Below are positions 48,280-52,155 of a DNA stretch of 52,155 nt, piece by piece (the first letter of the stretch is position 1; every line of letters begins with the position of its first letter). This stretch comes from a virus. Its lineage: Duplodnaviria; Caudoviricetes. The position numbers and the translations under genes are program-made. The stretch covers positions 1-52,155 of IMG/VR virus record IMGVR_UViG_3300044623_000381; one strand, 5' to 3'. Under the pieces are notes generated by a model. The model saw only the letters and a list, made by a program, of their open reading frames with translations, was not told where the DNA came from and did not search any database.

Positions 48280-49241
48280 TATACTAAGTATTTAATTCTA
48301 TTCTGATTTATCAGGTCTAAATTGTGGTCAGGAGAATCCTTCAAGGCCTCGTGGAGGTTACTACCGAGTTTTTTAGCGAGCTTCTTATCCATCATCTCGA
48401 TTGCTTGTGCCCACTCGTACTGATCGTTAACTAAAAAGCCAGTGGAACCGTTCTCAATTGCTTGATTATATGGTCTTGTGTTCGATGCTATAACAGCAGT
48501 CTTTGTAGCGGCTGCTTCGGTAATCTTCAAATCACTCTTACTCCAGTTAAATCTGTTAGCTACAAGCGGTACAAGGCTAACATCTACATCTTTGTATAGC
48601 TTTCCGTAGTTCCAGATGTCCCTAGCGTATGAACTCTTATTGTAATTAAATATCTCGTCGTAGCCCATACCCTCTACACCGAATGTATGGATTTTAGAGA
48701 AGTCATATCCTATAAGTTGAACATCCCTGATGTGAGCCGCAGCACCAACATATCCGAAACGAACTTCTTTTGATGGATTTTTTCTTGGATTTAACCACTG
48801 CTCCTCACCCATATCTAACCCGTTGTTTACGAATTCAATTATGGCCTTCGGATTTTCATCCTTCATAATCTTACCTAGGTATTTAGATGGTGTCCAGATA
48901 ACATCAGCAATCTTAATTGTCTTCTTGATGTCTGGACCGTAGTATGTCTCATACAAAGGCTTCGCTGGATTCTCTGGGTTAAGCACCCAGTAGTCGTCGT
49001 TGTCAAGTATTAAACGTATGCCGTGATTCTTTAGCATACGGCTGAATTCCTTGTGGCTATTTACCGAAGTCTTCCTAGATACGATAAGGTTATCTATTAG
49101 GTCGAGGTTCATATCCTTAAGGTCAGTCAATCCTTTTATCCAATGCAGATTAACCCCTTGTGACTGAAGCCTACGAAGGGGTACAATCAACCTGTGGTAG
49201 TTTACGCCACTAAGCCCATCAAGGTGCACCACGGTTATCAT
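48279..49241 (-). CDS. GT-B fold glycosyltransferase
   Basis: GVNYHRL..P, LDNDDYW, DVSLVPL...FN..KSDLKITEA, VIASN..PY. Confidence 0.8.
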   Translation of the reverse strand: MITVVHLDGLSGVNYHRLIVPLRRLQSQGVNLHWIKGLTDLKDMNLDLIDNLIVSRKTSVNSHKEFSRMLKNHGIRLILDNDDYWVLNPENPAKPLYETYYGPDIKKTIKIADVIWTPSKYLGKIMKDENPKAIIEFVNNGLDMGEEQWLNPRKNPSKEVRFGYVGAAAHIRDVQLIGYDFSKIHTFGVEGMGYDEIFNYNKSSYARDIWNYGKLYKDVDVSLVPLVANRFNWSKSDLKITEAAATKTAVIASNTRPYNQAIENGSTGFLVNDQYEWAQAIEMMDKKLAKKLGSNLHEALKDSPDHNLDLINQNRIKYLV

Positions 49242-49495
49242 CGCTGCTGTTCTGCGTACTCCGTGAGTGCTGAGCGGATCATATCAAGCTCAAGACGAAA
49301 TGATCTAGAGTACTTATTTGTTATCTCGCTTACCTGCTTTGGGTCTAGCAGAGGGCTTCCTTTTTGGTCGTGTAGGTCTTCGTACAGTTCCGCGCTCCCC
49401 GCTGATATCCTCGAGGTCGCTATGAAGTACACTCGGCTTAGTTGTTCTAGTGTCATATTAAATTTTATTATTGAGTACGTCGTTTGGATCTTCAA
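49238..49495 (-). CDS. hypothetical protein
   Basis: ATGA overlap with the GT gene; the real start may be the internal MTLEQL. Confidence 0.55.
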   Translation of the reverse strand: MKIQTTYSIIKFNMTLEQLSRVYFIATSRISAGSAELYEDLHDQKGSPLLDPKQVSEITNKYSRSFRLELDMIRSALTEYAEQQR

Positions 49496-49697
49496 ACTTA
49501 AATAGTCGAGATGATTTATTGGTATGTTTACCTAGTTCTTCGTTTTGATTATTATGGATATAATAGTGCTCTATAAGAGTAATAGCAGTTTGAAGTCCCC
49601 AGACATATCCCTTGTCCCACTCGTTAGACGCACTATCCTCTATTTCGTTGCTTTTTTTCTGGATTTTTTCGATTATCCTCTTTATGTGCTTGTTCAT
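49458..49697 (-). CDS. hypothetical protein (AT-rich)
   Basis: ATG with an A-rich leader; operon position. Confidence 0.5.
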   Translation of the reverse strand: MNKHIKRIIEKIQKKSNEIEDSASNEWDKGYVWGLQTAITLIEHYYIHNNQNEELGKHTNKSSRLFKFEDPNDVLNNKI

Positions 49698-50076
49698 AGT
49701 TTTGAATTAAATTATAGTTATAACAGATTATTTTAGCGATGTATTGATCCTTTTTGAGTTCCGCATCAAACGTGATTCTAAGCTCCAGGAAATGTTTAGG
49801 AGTATCATCGATAACGTATCCATTATAGCGTAGATAATCTGCAAGAAACTTAACAGCAACAACAGAATTGTCAACGTCGAATTTAGAATTATAGCGTAGG
49901 TGGATAGCGAAGCGGTCTGTAGACCATTTATCGTGTCCTTCAAGCGCAATGGCAAGGCCATTAAAATACTTTTCTTTTTCCCTGTGGCGGAACGTCCAAA
50001 ACTTGCCAGCGTAGAGCTGATTAAGTGACGGAGGCTTTGGTATTGATATCTCAATTTCATTATAATTATTTATCAC
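49633..50076 (-). CDS. RusA-like Holliday junction resolvase
   Basis: PPSLNQLY, DVDN...KFLAD, DDTP; promoter TATCTTTG (-) at 50081-50088, 5 nt before the GTG. Confidence 0.7.
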   Translation of the reverse strand: MINNYNEIEISIPKPPSLNQLYAGKFWTFRHREKEKYFNGLAIALEGHDKWSTDRFAIHLRYNSKFDVDNSVVAVKFLADYLRYNGYVIDDTPKHFLELRITFDAELKKDQYIAKIICYNYNLIQNYEQAHKEDNRKNPEKKQRNRG

Positions 50077-50088
50077 TAGTCAAAGATA

Positions 50089-51915
50089 CTAGAAAGCATC
50101 TTCATACACAACACCTTCGAAGTTTATTTTAGGTGGCGGTACATCGGCAAGTATAGACTTAAACAATGGCTTTCCTGTAAACTTGTTTACAAAGCCAGAG
50201 CTTAGCCCATTCATCTCAAACAGAACAGGATAGTCGAGGCTTGTGGGTTCCCCACCGGACTCTACCTCCCTAATCTTTCTTACGTGGACCTCGACGGTGC
50301 GCCTCATATCGTACTCTGGGTGCTGAATTTTCCTGTGGAATGTCAAGAAATTATCGCTCTTATTTACGAATTTACCGCCACCTTCGGTGTCCTCAGCATA
50401 GGGGGCCTTAGGTAGTCCGTCCTCTCCCTTGCGCCTCTGCGCCTCGGTGATGGCGTGGGTCGACAGCCACAGGCCCATATTGTGTGACTGGGTAAAGGAA
50501 AGGAACTCAGAGGCAGCCTCGTAGTGGTAGTCGTGGGTGGTGAGCGAAGAGCCCGAAGACATCTGAATCTTTAGACTATTGTACGGATCAATGAAGTACC
50601 CGTCGTAGTCACCCTGGCGTATTAGCTTCTCTCCGAATACCAGCAGGTCGCTGTAGGAGTAGATGCTCTTATTGCTAATTATCGTGAAGTGGTCATTGAC
50701 CCATTGGTACGACCTCTTAAGGTCGTATCCATTCATCTCCTTGACCTGCATATTTGCAGCAAACTGGATGAGCTTCATCTTTACTGCAGCTGTGCGGTTC
50801 TCTGATGAGTATATAATCCACCTCCAGTTGTGGTTAACTGCAGTAGATACAATCATATATAGAGAGAACGTAGACTTACCAATGTTTGATATTCCGTTGA
50901 TTACGGTTAGGTCTCTTTTGATTAAGAAGTGCTTGTCAAAGTCCTTGCAGCCAGTGGTAAGGCCTAGCTGTATCTTACCCTCTATGTAGTCCTGAATCCA
51001 TCGGTAGTCCTCATCGTCGGAGGATATGAACGACATATCACCGTCGTTGATCATCATCTCTAGCTTGGCGGAGTTCTCCTCCTCTAGGACCTCACGGATG
51101 GGCATTGTCTTGCCCTTCGCTATGCCGTCCTTGATTGTGTTGCGTGCGGTCTCTATGGAGTCCACATCGCGCCTAAGGATCTCCCTCTCGAGCACGTGGT
51201 ATGCCTCATCCTCTTCCATACGTCCAACAGCAATATAGCCGCCACATAGAATCGCTGCCTTGAGAAGTATCGCGTGCTTCTCTCCATCCTCTGCTCGGCG
51301 TATCATAGATGACACCACCGCCAACTTATTGTAGTCGGTGTAGTGGTCCTTTGGCTGTACCTTCTGCGCTATAGACTTCTCGGACATCATCTGCCCGAAT
51401 ATCTTGGAGCCTTCGTTGACTACAATCTCTGGGTCGTAGCTGTCAAAGCAGGCGCGAGATTCGTTGATTCCTGATGGGTCTACCTCAAGACCATACTCAG
51501 TATCAAAGTACGCCTGAAGTGCTCGGAAATGGTCTCTATGTAGGCTTGGATTCGATACGTTGACCAGTGCCTTGAGCCCTTCGCCGGATGGAGATATCCA
51601 GCAGGCGAATACATATGGATCTGTGGATAAAATGTCCTTACTTCCCTCCACGTCTAGGTGGTCGAAGTCAAGGACTATCAGTCCACTGTGCTGTCGTATT
51701 GATTCGTCGCGGCGTGAGTCAAACTCACCCGCCCATAGGATCACCGGAAGCTTCTTCTTGGCTTCTTTTTGACCCCCTCTGAACTGCTGAATCAATGGTA
51801 GATGTTTCCCACCAGTCGAGATTCTTTGGAGTGCGGCGGATATCGTTATGTACGAAGGTTTTTCCGTCTGCAGAACGCTCGGAAATATTGTCACTGATTG
51901 TTCTAGTACGCTCAT
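50089..51915 (-). CDS. primase (VirE-N/BT4734-like) fused to a DnaB/SF4 helicase
   Basis: KKKLP...GEF..R...SGLIVLDFD...SPSGEGLK; Walker A GISNIGKS; YFIDPYN. Confidence 0.85.
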   Translation of the reverse strand: MSVLEQSVTIFPSVLQTEKPSYITISAALQRISTGGKHLPLIQQFRGGQKEAKKKLPVILWAGEFDSRRDESIRQHSGLIVLDFDHLDVEGSKDILSTDPYVFACWISPSGEGLKALVNVSNPSLHRDHFRALQAYFDTEYGLEVDPSGINESRACFDSYDPEIVVNEGSKIFGQMMSEKSIAQKVQPKDHYTDYNKLAVVSSMIRRAEDGEKHAILLKAAILCGGYIAVGRMEEDEAYHVLEREILRRDVDSIETARNTIKDGIAKGKTMPIREVLEEENSAKLEMMINDGDMSFISSDDEDYRWIQDYIEGKIQLGLTTGCKDFDKHFLIKRDLTVINGISNIGKSTFSLYMIVSTAVNHNWRWIIYSSENRTAAVKMKLIQFAANMQVKEMNGYDLKRSYQWVNDHFTIISNKSIYSYSDLLVFGEKLIRQGDYDGYFIDPYNSLKIQMSSGSSLTTHDYHYEAASEFLSFTQSHNMGLWLSTHAITEAQRRKGEDGLPKAPYAEDTEGGGKFVNKSDNFLTFHRKIQHPEYDMRRTVEVHVRKIREVESGGEPTSLDYPVLFEMNGLSSGFVNKFTGKPLFKSILADVPPPKINFEGVVYEDAF

Positions 51916-52155
51916 CTTCAACTGCAATTTTAAGTAAAATTAAATAACCTATTAGGTCCTGAATAGTATCCTCCGTGGAGTCGTTGATCCCTTTGTTTTT
52001 GATTCGCATCAGCTTGTCGTCAATACGACAGCAGATGTTCTCAACAGCGGAACCCTTTGCAAAGATATTGGAAGGCTCAAGTGCTGAGTCCCCATATGCT
52101 TTATTTTTTTCTAACAATAAATCCCTAACAGCATTTGCTGTTTTTAGAATCTTTA
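51725..52155 (-). CDS. DUF1599 / nucleotide-modification-associated domain 1-like protein (5' end outside the window)
   Basis: KNKAYGDS...RIDDKLMRI...EDT..DLIGYLIL; the frame stays open to the window edge. Confidence 0.65.
   Translation of the reverse strand, partial: KILKTANAVRDLLLEKNKAYGDSALEPSNIFAKGSAVENICCRIDDKLMRIKNKGINDSTEDTIQDLIGYLILLKIAVEDERTRTISDNISERSADGKTFVHNDIRRTPKNLDWWETSTIDSAVQRGSKRSQEEASGDPMGG

Noticed and set aside
1-52155. Stop-codon reassignment as in some crAss-like phages
   Set aside because: Standard code 11 gives full-length, densely packed genes, and TAA, TAG and TGA all end genes.
1-52155. Prophage or integrated element
   Set aside because: No integrase, att-like boundary or bacterial housekeeping genes; the whole window is phage-like.

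Overview
This window is a 52 kb segment of a tailed dsDNA phage genome that almost certainly infects Bacteroidota: about 17 intergenic TAnnTTTG promoter boxes, no Shine-Dalgarno sites, and a VirE-N type primase. The + strand (about 0.7-42.8 kb) is the morphogenesis and lysis arm, with a crAss-like or podovirus-like gene order: HNH nuclease, M15 endolysin, small basic proteins, tandem GroES, small and large terminase, portal, fibre genes, holin/spanin-like genes, scaffold, major capsid protein, ring proteins, a 1705-aa tail stabilisation protein, and three ejection proteins, the last being a 2495-aa polyvalent protein. The - strand (42.9-52.2 kb) is a converging replication and metabolism arm: DUF1599-like protein, primase-helicase, RusA-like resolvase, two glycosyltransferases plus UDP-galactopyranose mutase, nrdB, a DnaA-C domain protein and nrdA. 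I saw no tRNA, CRISPR, integrase, reverse transcriptase or virion RNA polymerase. The most interesting unexplained elements are: (1) a ~70-nt promoter-to-terminator small RNA that displays an anti-start-codon loop and is complementary to translation-initiation regions, including that of nrdB; (2) small +1-frame genes nested inside the giant ejection protein, which is itself cut into effector cassettes by a repeated LK[DE]SSS[RK] motif; (3) a ~330-nt multibranch structured element beside the HNH gene; (4) a triple-hairpin CAG(T/C)AG element between the two arms; (5) a galactofuranose glycosylation cassette; (6) apparently leaderless late genes. All assignments were made by eye from motifs and gene order; no database searches were run.
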